A DNA stretch of 64,000 bases from Nitrospirota bacterium (GTDB taxonomy: Bacteria > Nitrospirota > Thermodesulfovibrionia > Thermodesulfovibrionales > JdFR-88). Position 1 is the stretch's first letter; each line of letters starts with the position of its first letter. Shown here in pieces: positions 49,988-59,884 of this stretch. Location of the stretch: contig JAJYJS010000006.1 of assembly GCA_021789215.1 (NCBI GenBank), forward strand, positions 25,875 through 89,874, read 5' to 3'. The notes beneath the pieces were generated by a model. It made no database searches, was not told the origin of the DNA, and saw only the letters and a program-made list of their open reading frames with translations. A program made the translations under genes and the position numbers.

Positions 49988-50845
49988 CTAGATGGAGCCC
50001 GGCAGAGTGGAATTCAGTATCTTTGCCGGTTCTCCCCTGAGCTTGCTCAATGTCTTGAAATCGAAGCCCTTGAACGTATGCACGGCAACCGCGGAAGCTA
50101 TCGTCAGGCCGACCAGAAAGACCAGTATCCATTTCTTCCGCTCCGCGGCCGTGGGGGCCGGAAGCTCCCCCTTTATCTTTTTCAGGTCCTCATATATGAG
50201 GAACGTGAAAATCATCATGTAAGGCATGAAGAAGATGGAAAGCGCCGAGCCCACAAAGGGCACGAAGCTAAGCAGAAAGGATATCGACCAGACGGCAAAG
50301 AGCCTGGCGAACACCTCCCACCACAGCCCCTTCACATGCCGCCTGCTTTCAATCAGCGCGTTCAGGCCGCGCGCATTGCCTCTTGCCAGCACGAAAAAGG
50401 AGAACGAGAACCAGACCATCGCCACAACACCCGGTATGATGAACAGCACCAGGCCGGCAACCGTTGCGACGCCGAAAAGGATGTAAACCCATACGAACCT
50501 GAAGAGTTTTTCCGATGCTGTTTTTGCAATTTCCTTTATCCCCTCCGTGCCCGAGACCGCGTAAACGAACGCCACCTGGCCCCACATGGATATGAGCACG
50601 CCCATTAACGCCCCGGCGGCTATCCATGCGATGACGAAAGGGTTCAGCGGGTGCGGCAGCATTTTGGCGACCGAAAAGCCCAGTGTGGATATCAGGAGTA
50701 TCGGCAGGAGATAAAGCATGAAGATGAGCGAAAAGATGTTGAACCTGGCCCTGTATATCTCCCAGGCCCTTCTGAAAAGCGTACCGAAGCCCGAGAGGGC
50801 CGCCGCTTTTCCAGTGGACTCCATTACGCTTTCCTTATCCATCAA
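49988..50845 (-). CDS. Polytopic membrane protein (paralog B, no zinc ribbon)
   Basis: ESRRHVKGLWWEVFARLFAVWSISFLLSFVPFVGSALSIFFMPYMMIFTFLIYEDLK aligns by eye with paralog A. Confidence 0.65.
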   Translation of the reverse strand: MMDKESVMESTGKAAALSGFGTLFRRAWEIYRARFNIFSLIFMLYLLPILLISTLGFSVAKMLPHPLNPFVIAWIAAGALMGVLISMWGQVAFVYAVSGTEGIKEIAKTASEKLFRFVWVYILFGVATVAGLVLFIIPGVVAMVWFSFSFFVLARGNARGLNALIESRRHVKGLWWEVFARLFAVWSISFLLSFVPFVGSALSIFFMPYMMIFTFLIYEDLKKIKGELPAPTAAERKKWILVFLVGLTIASAVAVHTFKGFDFKTLSKLRGEPAKILNSTLPGSI

Positions 50846-50980
50846 GATTTGGCGAGGGGAGGTCTTTTTTCAGTCTTTCCCCTCCAGAATATAAGGGTAT
50901 ACGAATGCTTTTGCAGAAGTCAAATAAAGGCGGGCCTTCGCAATGGCTTATGATGGAAATTTACGGGGACGCCACACCAG

Positions 50981-52222
50981 CTAGGTCGAAGGCTGCCCGG
51001 TCCCTCTGCCGGCCACGCTCACGTGCCTTTTCTTCCGGTGATAATGCCTGACGACCTTTTTGGCAATCTTGTGCCTGTGGATGTTCTTCGCGACCACGCG
51101 GGCCTTTTCCTTATGCCTGTTTGCCAGCGCCCTGTGCACTTTTTTGTGCACCTCGTGCCTGAGCTTTTTAGCCTTCAGCACCCTGTGCGCCTTGCGTACC
51201 CTGTAATAAACCCTGTGCCTGTATTTATGAGGGGTGTAGGAGGCAAGCACAACAGGGCTCTTCGAGGTGTCGCTCACATATATCTCGGGCTGCTCGGAGC
51301 CGTTCACCACCTGGGCGCTCCTTTCAAGCAGCCTTTCCCCATCCAGCCAGAGGCCGTCCCTCACGTGCTCGCCAAGGAGCGCGGTGACAATCGTGTTGTC
51401 CCCTTTTGACGCGGCAAACACCAGGCAGTGCCTGGCCGCCCTCGTATAGCCGGTCTTCCCGCCTATGAGGTCGTCATCGCTCCAGAGCAGATGGTTCGTG
51501 TTCCGCAGGTAGAGGCTCCTCCTGTTGGTGCATACGGAGGTCTCCTTGGTATTTATGATTTCCTTTATGAGCGGGTATTTGAGGGCCGCAGCCATGATCA
51601 TCGTCAGGTCGCGGGCGGTTATGTATTGCCCCCCGGCGGGCAGGCCCGTCGCGTTGACGAACCTCGTGTCTTTGGCGCCGACGGTCTGAGCTTTCCTGTT
51701 CATCAGGACGGTGAATGCGTTTTCAGAGCCCGATGCCGCCTCGGCAAGGGCCACGGCGGCACCGTTTATCGACCTCATCAGCGCAAGGTACAAAAGGTTC
51801 CTTACCGTTATCTTTTCGCCCGGCCGGAGCCTTGGCGCCACGGAAGGCGTATAGGCGGCGTCCCTGCTCACGGTGACGACCGTGTCAGGATTAAGGGAGT
51901 CAAGCGTGCACATGGCGGTCACAAGCTTGGTCGTGCTCGCAGGCATCAGTTTCAAATCAGGGTTCTTGGCATAGAGCACCTTCTGCGTCTGGCTGTCTAT
52001 CACAAATGCGGCCTTCGCGCCGATGCCCTCCGCGCTTGCGGAACTTGCGTAAATAATGGAAGAAATCAAAACAACGGAAAGGACGGAATTAAGGATGCCG
52101 GTTCTCAAGAAGAACGATTTTGCCAATCTCAACCTCAACCCCTTCTGGATCAGCGTTTTAATACAAACCAGCTTTACCCCAAACCAGCTACTTACGCGAA
52201 AAATTTTAAACGAAAAAGACAA
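50981..52222 (-). CDS. D-alanyl-D-alanine carboxypeptidase (peptidase S11 / PBP5-like) with long His/Lys/Arg-rich C-terminal tail
   Basis: Motifs SxxK (ASTTK), SxN (RSINGA) and KTG (GGKTGYT). The exact start is uncertain. Confidence 0.85.
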   Translation of the reverse strand: MSFSFKIFRVSSWFGVKLVCIKTLIQKGLRLRLAKSFFLRTGILNSVLSVVLISSIIYASSASAEGIGAKAAFVIDSQTQKVLYAKNPDLKLMPASTTKLVTAMCTLDSLNPDTVVTVSRDAAYTPSVAPRLRPGEKITVRNLLYLALMRSINGAAVALAEAASGSENAFTVLMNRKAQTVGAKDTRFVNATGLPAGGQYITARDLTMIMAAALKYPLIKEIINTKETSVCTNRRSLYLRNTNHLLWSDDDLIGGKTGYTRAARHCLVFAASKGDNTIVTALLGEHVRDGLWLDGERLLERSAQVVNGSEQPEIYVSDTSKSPVVLASYTPHKYRHRVYYRVRKAHRVLKAKKLRHEVHKKVHRALANRHKEKARVVAKNIHRHKIAKKVVRHYHRKKRHVSVAGRGTGQPST

Positions 52223-52322
52223 AAAAATAAAGAATTAATTTTTGGGTTTAAAAAATAAACCTAAAGGCCTTGAAATTAAAAGAAAAATTTTTTCTGATTC
52301 TCCACTTTGCTCCTCTTTCGGC

Positions 52323-52365
52323 CGTCATCCCTGACCAAATATTCCGGCAACGCCCCCGGCATGAC
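52323..52365. repeat. Palindromic repeat with GTCAT...ATGAC termini
   Basis: GTCATCCCTGACCAAATATTCCGGCAACGCCCCCGGCATGAC lies in the lysA upstream spacer. A further GC-rich palindromic block follows at 52431..52475. Confidence 0.6.
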
Positions 52366-52542
52366 CGGATGCGCGGCATAATGTCTATTCTATTTTAGGA
52401 AGATTAATATGTGGCTCCTCCCGCTATCTTGCCCTCACCCCCGGCCCCTTTCCCAAAGGGCGGGGGGAGGAGAGCCCCAAAACCCCTCTTTCTGCCTTGT
52501 TTTTTTGACTTTCCCCTGCTTCATGTGTTAAAAAAATCAACT

Positions 52543-53790
52543 ATGCACTATTTTTCCTATAAGGGGGGCGAACTCCATGCGGAGGACGTCCCTTTCTCCA
52601 CCCTTGCAAAGGCCTACGGCACCCCCCTTTATGTCTACAGCAGGCGCACGCTCACAAGGCACATAAGGGCTTACAAAGAGGCCTTTGACGGTGTCCCGAA
52701 CATAATCTGCTTCGCCCTGAAGGCGAACTCAAACGGGGCAATCATAAAACTACTCGCCTCGGAGGGCGCCGGTGCGGACATCGTCTCCGGCGGCGAGCTT
52801 TTCCGGGCTCTCCGGGCCGGGGTGCCAGCAAAAAAAATCGTTTATGCCGGCGTTGGGAAAACGGAAGAAGAGATAGCCTTCGCGCTCAGGAAAAAAATTC
52901 TCATGTTCAACGTGGAGTCCGGCGAGGAGCTTGCAAAAATAAACCAGGTGGCGGGCACGCTTGGGGTCAAGGCCCCAATCGCCCTCAGGGTCAACCCGGA
53001 CATAAACCCCAAGACCCACCCGTACATAACCACCGGCATGAAGAAATACAAGTTCGGCATCCCCATAGAGGACGCGCTGGAGTCTTACCGCAGGGCCTCA
53101 AAAATGGAGAACATCGAGGTCGTCGGGGTCCACAAGCACATAGGCTCCCAGCTCACGGAGACAGGCCCCTTCGAGGACGCCCTGAAAAAGGTCCTTGCCC
53201 TGATAGACGCGCTCAGGCAGAGCGGCATGGAACTGAAATACCTGGACATGGGCGGCGGGCTGGGCATCCGCTACAGCGAGGAAGACAACCCGCCGGAGCC
53301 AAAGGAGCTTGCCGCAAGGCTTCTGCCCCTGCTGGGCAAAAGCAACAGGGACCTCACGGTCGTCATAGAGCCGGGCCGCTCGATTGTGGGCAACGCCGGG
53401 GTGCTCGTCACAAAATGTCTCTATGTGAAAAAGACCCCTAAGAAGAAATTCCTTATCGTTGACGCCGGGATGAACGACCTCATAAGGCCCTCGCTCTACG
53501 GCGCCTGGCATGAGATACTGCCCGTCAGGAAAAGCAGGCGAGCCAGGGAGAAGGCCGACGTTGTGGGCCCCATATGCGAAAGCGGGGATTTTCTTGCAAG
53601 GGGCAGGGAACTTCCGGCCATAAACCAGGGCGAATATCTCGCCGTTATGAGCGCCGGAGCCTACGGGTTCAGCATGGGCTCCAGTTACAACTCGCGTCCG
53701 CGCCCGGCGGAGGTGCTCGTGGACGGCGCAAAACACACCCTTATCCGCAGGCGCGAGACGTATGCGGACCTGGTAAAAGGGGAGCTGTGA
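52543..53790 (+). CDS. lysA: Diaminopimelate decarboxylase
   Basis: The start is trimmed to MHYFSYKGGELHAEDV, because the track start at 52411 reads through a repeat. PLP-Lys motif FALKANSN, plus GPICESGD. Confidence 0.93.
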   Translation: MHYFSYKGGELHAEDVPFSTLAKAYGTPLYVYSRRTLTRHIRAYKEAFDGVPNIICFALKANSNGAIIKLLASEGAGADIVSGGELFRALRAGVPAKKIVYAGVGKTEEEIAFALRKKILMFNVESGEELAKINQVAGTLGVKAPIALRVNPDINPKTHPYITTGMKKYKFGIPIEDALESYRRASKMENIEVVGVHKHIGSQLTETGPFEDALKKVLALIDALRQSGMELKYLDMGGGLGIRYSEEDNPPEPKELAARLLPLLGKSNRDLTVVIEPGRSIVGNAGVLVTKCLYVKKTPKKKFLIVDAGMNDLIRPSLYGAWHEILPVRKSRRAREKADVVGPICESGDFLARGRELPAINQGEYLAVMSAGAYGFSMGSSYNSRPRPAEVLVDGAKHTLIRRRETYADLVKGEL

Positions 53791-54632
53791 GCAGGGAAAG
53801 GCGCTCTTTCCCCCTGCCCTTTGCAAAGATGCAGGGCACGGGCAACGATTTCGTCCTGCTTGACGGGATAAAAAATAACCTGGACGACCTCGATTTGACG
53901 GCCACCGCAAAAAAGCTCTGCGACAGGAGGTTTGGCATCGGGGCGGACCAGCTCCTCATCCTGCTGCCCTCGCAGAAGGCGGACTTCCGCATGCTGATAT
54001 TCAACGCGGACGGCTCCCAGGTGCAGATGTGCGGAAACGGCATCCGCTGCCTGGCAAAATACATCTGGGACGGCGGGCTTTCCGGCAAGGAAACGCTTGA
54101 GATAGAGACCCTTGCGGGTATAATTAAACCTATGAGGAAAGACGGGCAGGTCCGGGTGGATATGGGGGTGCCCCAGCTTGAGGGAAGAAAAATCCCCGTG
54201 GACCTCGACGGCAGGGTCATCGACTACCCCCTCAAGGTGGAAGACGCAGTGTTCCCGGTCACCTGCGTCTCGATGGGCAACCCGCACGCGGTGATATTCA
54301 TAGAGGGCGTGGACGGCTTCCCGCTTGCCCATTACGGCCCGCTCATCGAGAACAACCCGCTGTTTCCGGAAAGGACAAACGTGGAATTCGTGGAAGTCCT
54401 CGGCCCCCGCGAGATAAAGATGCGGGTATGGGAAAGGGGCTCCGGCGAGACGCTTGCCTGCGGCACGGGGGCGTCCGCCTCCGGCGTGGCCTCCGCGCTC
54501 AAGGGGCTCACGGAAAGGAGCGTAAAAGTCCGCCTGAGGGGGGGCGGGCTTGACATAGACTGGGCCGGAGACGGGCACCTGTATATGACCGGCCCCGCGG
54601 AAGAGGTATTCAGGGGAGAAATCCTCATATAA
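53787..54632 (+). CDS. dapF: Diaminopimelate epimerase
   Basis: GTG start overlaps the lysA stop (GTGA). Motif FAKMQGTGNDFVLLDG, and catalytic Cys motifs MCGNGIRC and LACGTGASA. Confidence 0.93.
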   Translation: MSRERRSFPLPFAKMQGTGNDFVLLDGIKNNLDDLDLTATAKKLCDRRFGIGADQLLILLPSQKADFRMLIFNADGSQVQMCGNGIRCLAKYIWDGGLSGKETLEIETLAGIIKPMRKDGQVRVDMGVPQLEGRKIPVDLDGRVIDYPLKVEDAVFPVTCVSMGNPHAVIFIEGVDGFPLAHYGPLIENNPLFPERTNVEFVEVLGPREIKMRVWERGSGETLACGTGASASGVASALKGLTERSVKVRLRGGGLDIDWAGDGHLYMTGPAEEVFRGEILI

Positions 54633-54650
54633 AAAGGAGGTCTTTAGCCG

Positions 54651-55535
54651 ATGGCTGCATTTGAAGGCTCGATGGTGGCGATAGTAACGCCGTTCAGGAA
54701 GGGAAAGCTCGACGAGAAGGCGCTTCAAAGCCTCGTGAACTGGCAGATAGAGGAAGGCACCGACGCCATAATACCCTGCGGCACAACTGGCGAGTCCGCC
54801 ACGCTGGACTACGACGAGCACTACCGCGTGATAGAGTTGACGGTGAAAACCGCAAAGGGCCGCGTGCCCATTATCGCGGGCACTGGCGCGAACTCCACTG
54901 ACGAGGCCATTGAAATCACTAAAAAGGCAATGGAGCTTGGGGCCGACGGCGCGCTGCTCGTCTCCCCGTATTACAACAAGCCCACACAGCAGGGCATTTA
55001 CCTCCACTACAAGGCCGTTGCCGCCGCAGTAAAGGGCTTCCCCCTCATCCTCTACAACGTACCCGGCAGGACTTCATCCAACATCCTGCCCGAGACCGTC
55101 GCACGCCTCGCGGAGATAAAGAACATCGTGGGCATCAAGGAGGCCACCGGGGACATGAAGCAGGCAAGCGAGGTCATCCGCCTCTGCGGTAAAAACGGCT
55201 TCACCGTCCTCTCGGGCGACGACTTCACGACGCTCCCCCTCTATGCCCTTGGCGGCAAGGGGGCCATCTCCGTAAGCGCAAACATCGTCCCCCGCATGCA
55301 GGCGGAGCTTTGGGACGCCTGGAAGGCCGGAGACATCGAAAAGGCAAGAAAACTCCACTTCGCCCTGGAGCCCTTAAACAAGGGGATGTTCATAGAGACA
55401 AACCCCATCCCCGTCAAGACCGCGCTTGCACTGATGGGCAGGATAAAAGAGGAGTTCAGGCTCCCCCTCTGCCAGATGGCCGCCGGCAACAAGCAGAAAC
55501 TCGCTGGCATGCTCAAGGCCGCTAAGCTGATATAA
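54651..55535 (+). CDS. dapA: 4-hydroxy-tetrahydrodipicolinate synthase
   Basis: 294 aa with GTTGES and YNVPGRT, typical DapA collinearity, and AAGGAGG upstream. Confidence 0.95.
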   Translation: MAAFEGSMVAIVTPFRKGKLDEKALQSLVNWQIEEGTDAIIPCGTTGESATLDYDEHYRVIELTVKTAKGRVPIIAGTGANSTDEAIEITKKAMELGADGALLVSPYYNKPTQQGIYLHYKAVAAAVKGFPLILYNVPGRTSSNILPETVARLAEIKNIVGIKEATGDMKQASEVIRLCGKNGFTVLSGDDFTTLPLYALGGKGAISVSANIVPRMQAELWDAWKAGDIEKARKLHFALEPLNKGMFIETNPIPVKTALALMGRIKEEFRLPLCQMAAGNKQKLAGMLKAAKLI

Positions 55536-55576
55536 GAAGCAAATATTTAGAAGCAAAAAATAAAAAGATTTCCCAT

Positions 55577-55602
55577 TTAAGGGGGGCGATTGCCCCCCTT
55601 AA
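55577..55602 (+). terminator. Terminator-like hairpin after dapA
   Basis: 11-bp stem TTAAGGGGGGC-GATT-GCCCCCCTTAA. There is no clear T-tract. Confidence 0.45.
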
Positions 55603-55627
55603 TATCCCCTTCGTTAAACATAAAAAC

Positions 55628-56083
55628 ATGAAAAACATTATAAAAGCGGTCCTCCTTGCATTCCTGATTTTTTCCGCGTCCGCATCGGCCGCGGACAAAA
55701 AATCCTTCCCTCCCAATGCCGTAGCGGGCACGTGGCTTACTCAAAACAGGGGCGCAAAGATAGAGATATACAAGGCAGGGAAAAACGTTTACATGGGCCG
55801 GATGGTATGGCTCAGGGAACCCTTCGACGAAAAAGGCAGGCCCCTTACAGACGCCAAAAACCCCGACCCGGCCCTGCGGGGCCGGCCTTATCTTGGCATG
55901 GTGATAATAAAAACCCTTTCGCCAGCCGGAGAGAACAGGTGGGAAGGCAGGATATACGACCCGGAAAGCGGCAAGACCTACAACTGCACCGTCTCGCTTG
56001 AAAACGAAGACACACTCAGGCTGCGCGGCTACCTGGGGATACCGCTCCTTGGCAGGACAGAGACGTGGCGGAGGGTGTCTTAA
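55628..56083 (+). CDS. DUF2147-family secreted protein
   Basis: Signal peptide ending SASA-ADK. GTWLTQNRGAKIEIY...GRIYDPESGKTYNCTVSLENEDTLRLRGY is the DUF2147 pattern. Confidence 0.8.
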   Translation: MKNIIKAVLLAFLIFSASASAADKKSFPPNAVAGTWLTQNRGAKIEIYKAGKNVYMGRMVWLREPFDEKGRPLTDAKNPDPALRGRPYLGMVIIKTLSPAGENRWEGRIYDPESGKTYNCTVSLENEDTLRLRGYLGIPLLGRTETWRRVS

Positions 56084-56805
56084 GAAATATCCCCCAGCTC
56101 GTACTGGATGAGCGCAAGGGCCGCGATCGCCGCCGTCTCCGCCCGCAGTATGCGCGGGCCAAGCGAGCAGACTGAAAAACCCGCACCCCTGGCGGCCTGC
56201 ACTTCTTCCTCCGCAAACCCGCCCTCAGGCCCGACCGCAACCGCAATCCCCCCCGCAACCGCGTTGCCCCCTCGCAGCTTGCCGGAGGCGTCTTTCAGGC
56301 CCGAGCCCCCTTCCTCCCAGAAGATGATGCCCGCGCCCCTGTAGTGTTTAAGGAAATCCGCAAGGGGGGCAGGCTCCGCTATCAGCGGCACCACGGCCCT
56401 GCCGCACTGCCTTGCCGCCTCCCGGGCAATCTTCCTCCATCTTCCGGTCTTCCTCGTTTCGCGCACCTCCGCGCGCCGGGTGATCAACGGGATTATTTCT
56501 GAGACGCCAAGCTCTGTCGCCTTCTGGACGACCACATCCATCTTCTGCCCCTTGAGCATCCCCTGGAGGAGGACCGTTTTCAGGCCGGATTCCGTCTTTT
56601 TCGAAGGGAAAACGTCCCCGGTGCGGGCGGTTATGCGCTCTGAGGATATCCCGGTAATTATTGCCGTGGCGGAGTTGCCTTTGCCGTCGAAAAGCATTAC
56701 CTCCGCGCCTTCCCTGGCGCGGAGGACGTTTTTCAGGTAGTTGAAATCCTCTCCGGTGAGGCTGATTTCAGAGTTGGCTGAAAGGCCGGGGTAAAAGAGG
56801 CGCAT
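56080..56805 (-). CDS. rsmE: 16S rRNA (uracil1498-N3)-methyltransferase
   Basis: The start is trimmed to MRLFYPG, overlapping the dnaJ stop (TGATG). It has a C-terminal GPEGGFAEEE SPOUT motif. The track ORF to 57474 is an out-of-frame shadow of dnaJ. Confidence 0.9.
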   Translation of the reverse strand: MRLFYPGLSANSEISLTGEDFNYLKNVLRAREGAEVMLFDGKGNSATAIITGISSERITARTGDVFPSKKTESGLKTVLLQGMLKGQKMDVVVQKATELGVSEIIPLITRRAEVRETRKTGRWRKIAREAARQCGRAVVPLIAEPAPLADFLKHYRGAGIIFWEEGGSGLKDASGKLRGGNAVAGGIAVAVGPEGGFAEEEVQAARGAGFSVCSLGPRILRAETAAIAALALIQYELGDIS

Positions 56806-57908
56806 CAACTGCCGGCGGCGAATATGCCGCGCAGCTTGTCCCTGATGCCGTGCTTGGGAATGGCCTCGCCGGTTTCCCTTGCGTACTCCTCTATTATCTC
56901 GCGCTGCCGGTCGGTGAGCTTTGTGGGCACCATCACCCTGGCAACCACGACCTGGTCGCCTTTGGACTTCCTGCCCAGCCGCGGCATCCCCTTGCCCCGG
57001 AGCTTGAACGTCTGCCCGGGCTGGGTGCCTGGGGGCACATGGAGCCTCTCCACGCCCCAAAGGGTGTTTATCTCCACCTCGGTCCCAAGCGCGGCCTGCA
57101 CAAAGGACAGCGGCATTTCGAGGAAGATGTCGTCCCCGTTCCGCTTGAATTCGGCGTGCTCCTTTACCTCGACGACAACATAAAGGTCTCCGGGCGGCCC
57201 TCCGTGGGAACCGGCCTCGCCCTCTCCGGTCACCCTGAACCTCATCCCGGTCTCGACCCCGGCAGGGATGTTGATGGTAAGCTCCCTTTCCACCTTCACC
57301 TTGCCGGTGCCCCTGCACCTTTCGCAAGGGTCGGTGACAACTTGACCCGTGCCCTGACATTTCCCGCAGGTGCGGCTTACGGTGAAAAAGCCCTGCTGGT
57401 AGCGGATGCTGCCGGTGCCCCGGCAGCCGGGGCATGGGGTGGTCTTGCCGGTGCGCGAGCCCGTGCCCCTGCACTCGGCGCAGTTCACGGTGCGCGGTAT
57501 CTTTATCGGCCTTTTTACGCCCTCCGCGGCCTCCTCAAGGGTGATATCCACGTCGTATCTCAGGTCGGAGCCCCTTTCGGGCCTTGGCCCCCGGCGTCCG
57601 CCAAACGCCCCGCCGAAAATGCCCCCGAAGAGGTCCTCGAAGACCTCGCCGAAGTCCGAAAACCCTCCGAACCCGCCAAACCCCTGGCCCGCCCCGGCGG
57701 AAAAACCGCCCCCGTCGTACTGCGCCCTCTTGTCCGGGTCCGAAAGGCAGCTGTACGCCTCGTTTATCTCCTTGAACTTCTCCTCCGCCTCCTTGTTGCC
57801 GTGGTTGCGGTCAGGATGAAACTTGAGCGCAAGCTGCCTGTAAGCCTTCTTTATCTCCTCCTGGGTAGCATCCTTTGAAACTCCCAGTGTCTCGTAGTAA
57901 TCCCTCAT
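56805..57908 (-). CDS. dnaJ: Chaperone DnaJ
   Basis: J-domain HPD motif (FHPDRN), G/F-rich linker, and four CxxCxGxG repeats ([32 protein letters not shown]). Confidence 0.98.
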   Translation of the reverse strand: MRDYYETLGVSKDATQEEIKKAYRQLALKFHPDRNHGNKEAEEKFKEINEAYSCLSDPDKRAQYDGGGFSAGAGQGFGGFGGFSDFGEVFEDLFGGIFGGAFGGRRGPRPERGSDLRYDVDITLEEAAEGVKRPIKIPRTVNCAECRGTGSRTGKTTPCPGCRGTGSIRYQQGFFTVSRTCGKCQGTGQVVTDPCERCRGTGKVKVERELTINIPAGVETGMRFRVTGEGEAGSHGGPPGDLYVVVEVKEHAEFKRNGDDIFLEMPLSFVQAALGTEVEINTLWGVERLHVPPGTQPGQTFKLRGKGMPRLGRKSKGDQVVVARVMVPTKLTDRQREIIEEYARETGEAIPKHGIRDKLRGIFAAGS

Positions 57909-57930
57909 CCGGATATTTTAGCGGTTTTTA

Positions 57931-59847
57931 TTATTTTTTGTCCTCTTCCTCGAACTCCGCCTCCATTACCTTCTCCTCGCCGGGGGCTTCCGCGCCCTTG
58001 GCCTCTGCCGGCCCGGCCCCGGCGGCTCCCGCTCCGGCGCCCGCAGCCTTGTAAACGTGCTCCGCTATCTTGTGAGAGGCATGGGTAAGCCTGTCAACCG
58101 CGGCGCGGAGGGTTTCGGCATCTGTGGCCTCGTCCTTGGCCTTCTTGCAGTCCTCAAGCGCCTTTTCCAGGTCTTTCTTTTCGGACTCGGAAAGCTTGTC
58201 TCCAAACTCCTTCATGCTCTTCTCGACCGAATAGATGAGCGTGTCGGCGTTGTTTTTCGCCTCGGCAAGCGCGCGCCTCTTCTTGTCCTCCTCGGCGTGG
58301 GACTCCGCGTCGCGCGTCATGTTCTTTATCTCGTTCTCGGAGAGGCCGCTGGAAGCGGTTATCCTTATGGACTGCTCCTTGCCCGTGCCAAGGTCCTTGG
58401 CCGAGACATGCAGTATGCCGTTTGCGTCAATATCGAACCCGACCTCTATCTGGGGCACGCCCCTCGGGGCGGGCGGAATGCCCACAAGCTCGAAGACGCC
58501 GAGCAGCTTGTTGTCGGCGGCCATCTCCCTCTCGCCCTGGTGTATCTTTATGGTGACGGCGGGCTGGCTGTCCGATGCCGTGGAGAATATCTGGCTCTTC
58601 CTCGTGGGGATGGTCGTGTTCCTGTCGATTATCTTTGTGAAAATGCCGCCAAGCGTCTCGATGCCAAGCGAAAGCGGCGTGACGTCCAGCAGGAGCACTT
58701 CCTTGACCTCGCCCTTGAGCACCGCGCCCTGTATGCCCGCGCCGACCGCGACGACCTCGTCGGGGTTCACGGTCTTGTTGGGCTCCTTGCCGAAGAAAGA
58801 CTGCACCGTCTGCTGCACCTTGGGCGTCCTCGTCTGCCCGCCGACGAGTATCACCTCGTCGATCTTGCCCGCGTCCATGCCCGCGTCCTTCAGCGCCAGC
58901 TTGCAGGGCTCGATGGACCTCTCTATAAGGCCGCCCGTGAGCTGTTCCAGCTTGGCCCTGGAGAGCTTCATAAGCAGGTGCTTGGGCCCGGTGGCGTCAG
59001 CCGTGACAAAGGGAAGGTTTATCTCCGTCTCCATCGCGTTGGAAAGCTCTATCTTAGCTCTCTCAGCCGCCTCCTTGAGCCTCTGGAGGGCCATCCTGTC
59101 CTGCTTGAGGTCTATGCCGCTGTCCCTCTTGAACTCCTCCACAAGCCAGTCCATTATCTTCATGTCGAAGTCGTCGCCGCCCAGGTAGGTGTCGCCGTTT
59201 GTGGACTTCACCTCTATGACGCCCTCGCCTATCTCCAGGATGGAGATGTCGAAGGTGCCGCCGCCCAGGTCGTAAACGGCTATCTTCTCTTCCTTCTTCT
59301 TTTCCAGCCCGTAGGCCAGCGCCGCCGCCGTGGGCTCGTTTATAATCCTCAGCACGTTAAGGCCCGCTATCTTCCCGGCGTCTTTGGTCGCCTGCCTCTG
59401 GCTGTCGTCAAAGTACGCGGGCACGGTGATCACCGCGTCGGTGACGGGCTCGCCAAGATAGTCCTCCGCGGCCTGTTTCAGCTTCTGGAGTATCATGGCC
59501 GATATCTCCGGGGGCGAATACTTCTTCCCCCTCACCTCCACGTGCGCGTCGCCGTTTGAGGCCTCCACTATCTTGTACGGAAGGCGCTCCTTCGCGTGCC
59601 TCGCCTCAGGCGAGTCGTACTTCCTGCCCATCAGCCTCTTTATGGAAAAAATAGTGTTCTCGGGGTTGGTTATCGCCTGCCTCTTGGCTATCTGCCCTAC
59701 AAGCCTTTCCCCTTTGTCCGTGAAGGCCACAACCGACGGCGTCGTCCTGCTGCCTTCCTGGTTCGGTATGACAACCGGCTCCCCTCCAACCACCACGGCC
59801 ACGACCGAGTTGGTTGTCCCCAGGTCTATGCCAATAGCCTTTGCCAT
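57931..59847 (-). CDS. dnaK: Chaperone DnaK (Hsp70)
   Basis: GIDLGTTNS and DLGGGTFD, with full-length Hsp70 collinearity. 638 aa. Confidence 0.99.
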   Translation of the reverse strand: MAKAIGIDLGTTNSVVAVVVGGEPVVIPNQEGSRTTPSVVAFTDKGERLVGQIAKRQAITNPENTIFSIKRLMGRKYDSPEARHAKERLPYKIVEASNGDAHVEVRGKKYSPPEISAMILQKLKQAAEDYLGEPVTDAVITVPAYFDDSQRQATKDAGKIAGLNVLRIINEPTAAALAYGLEKKKEEKIAVYDLGGGTFDISILEIGEGVIEVKSTNGDTYLGGDDFDMKIMDWLVEEFKRDSGIDLKQDRMALQRLKEAAERAKIELSNAMETEINLPFVTADATGPKHLLMKLSRAKLEQLTGGLIERSIEPCKLALKDAGMDAGKIDEVILVGGQTRTPKVQQTVQSFFGKEPNKTVNPDEVVAVGAGIQGAVLKGEVKEVLLLDVTPLSLGIETLGGIFTKIIDRNTTIPTRKSQIFSTASDSQPAVTIKIHQGEREMAADNKLLGVFELVGIPPAPRGVPQIEVGFDIDANGILHVSAKDLGTGKEQSIRITASSGLSENEIKNMTRDAESHAEEDKKRRALAEAKNNADTLIYSVEKSMKEFGDKLSESEKKDLEKALEDCKKAKDEATDAETLRAAVDRLTHASHKIAEHVYKAAGAGAGAAGAGPAEAKGAEAPGEEKVMEAEFEEEDKK

Positions 59848-59884
59848 TCTATGATTCCTCCTTGAATGTATTCACTTTTTATTT

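Noticed and set aside
52223-52542. A possible lysine riboswitch upstream of lysA.
   Set aside because: No L-box core motifs were seen. The spacer is occupied by GTCAT...ATGAC and GC-rich palindromic repeats.
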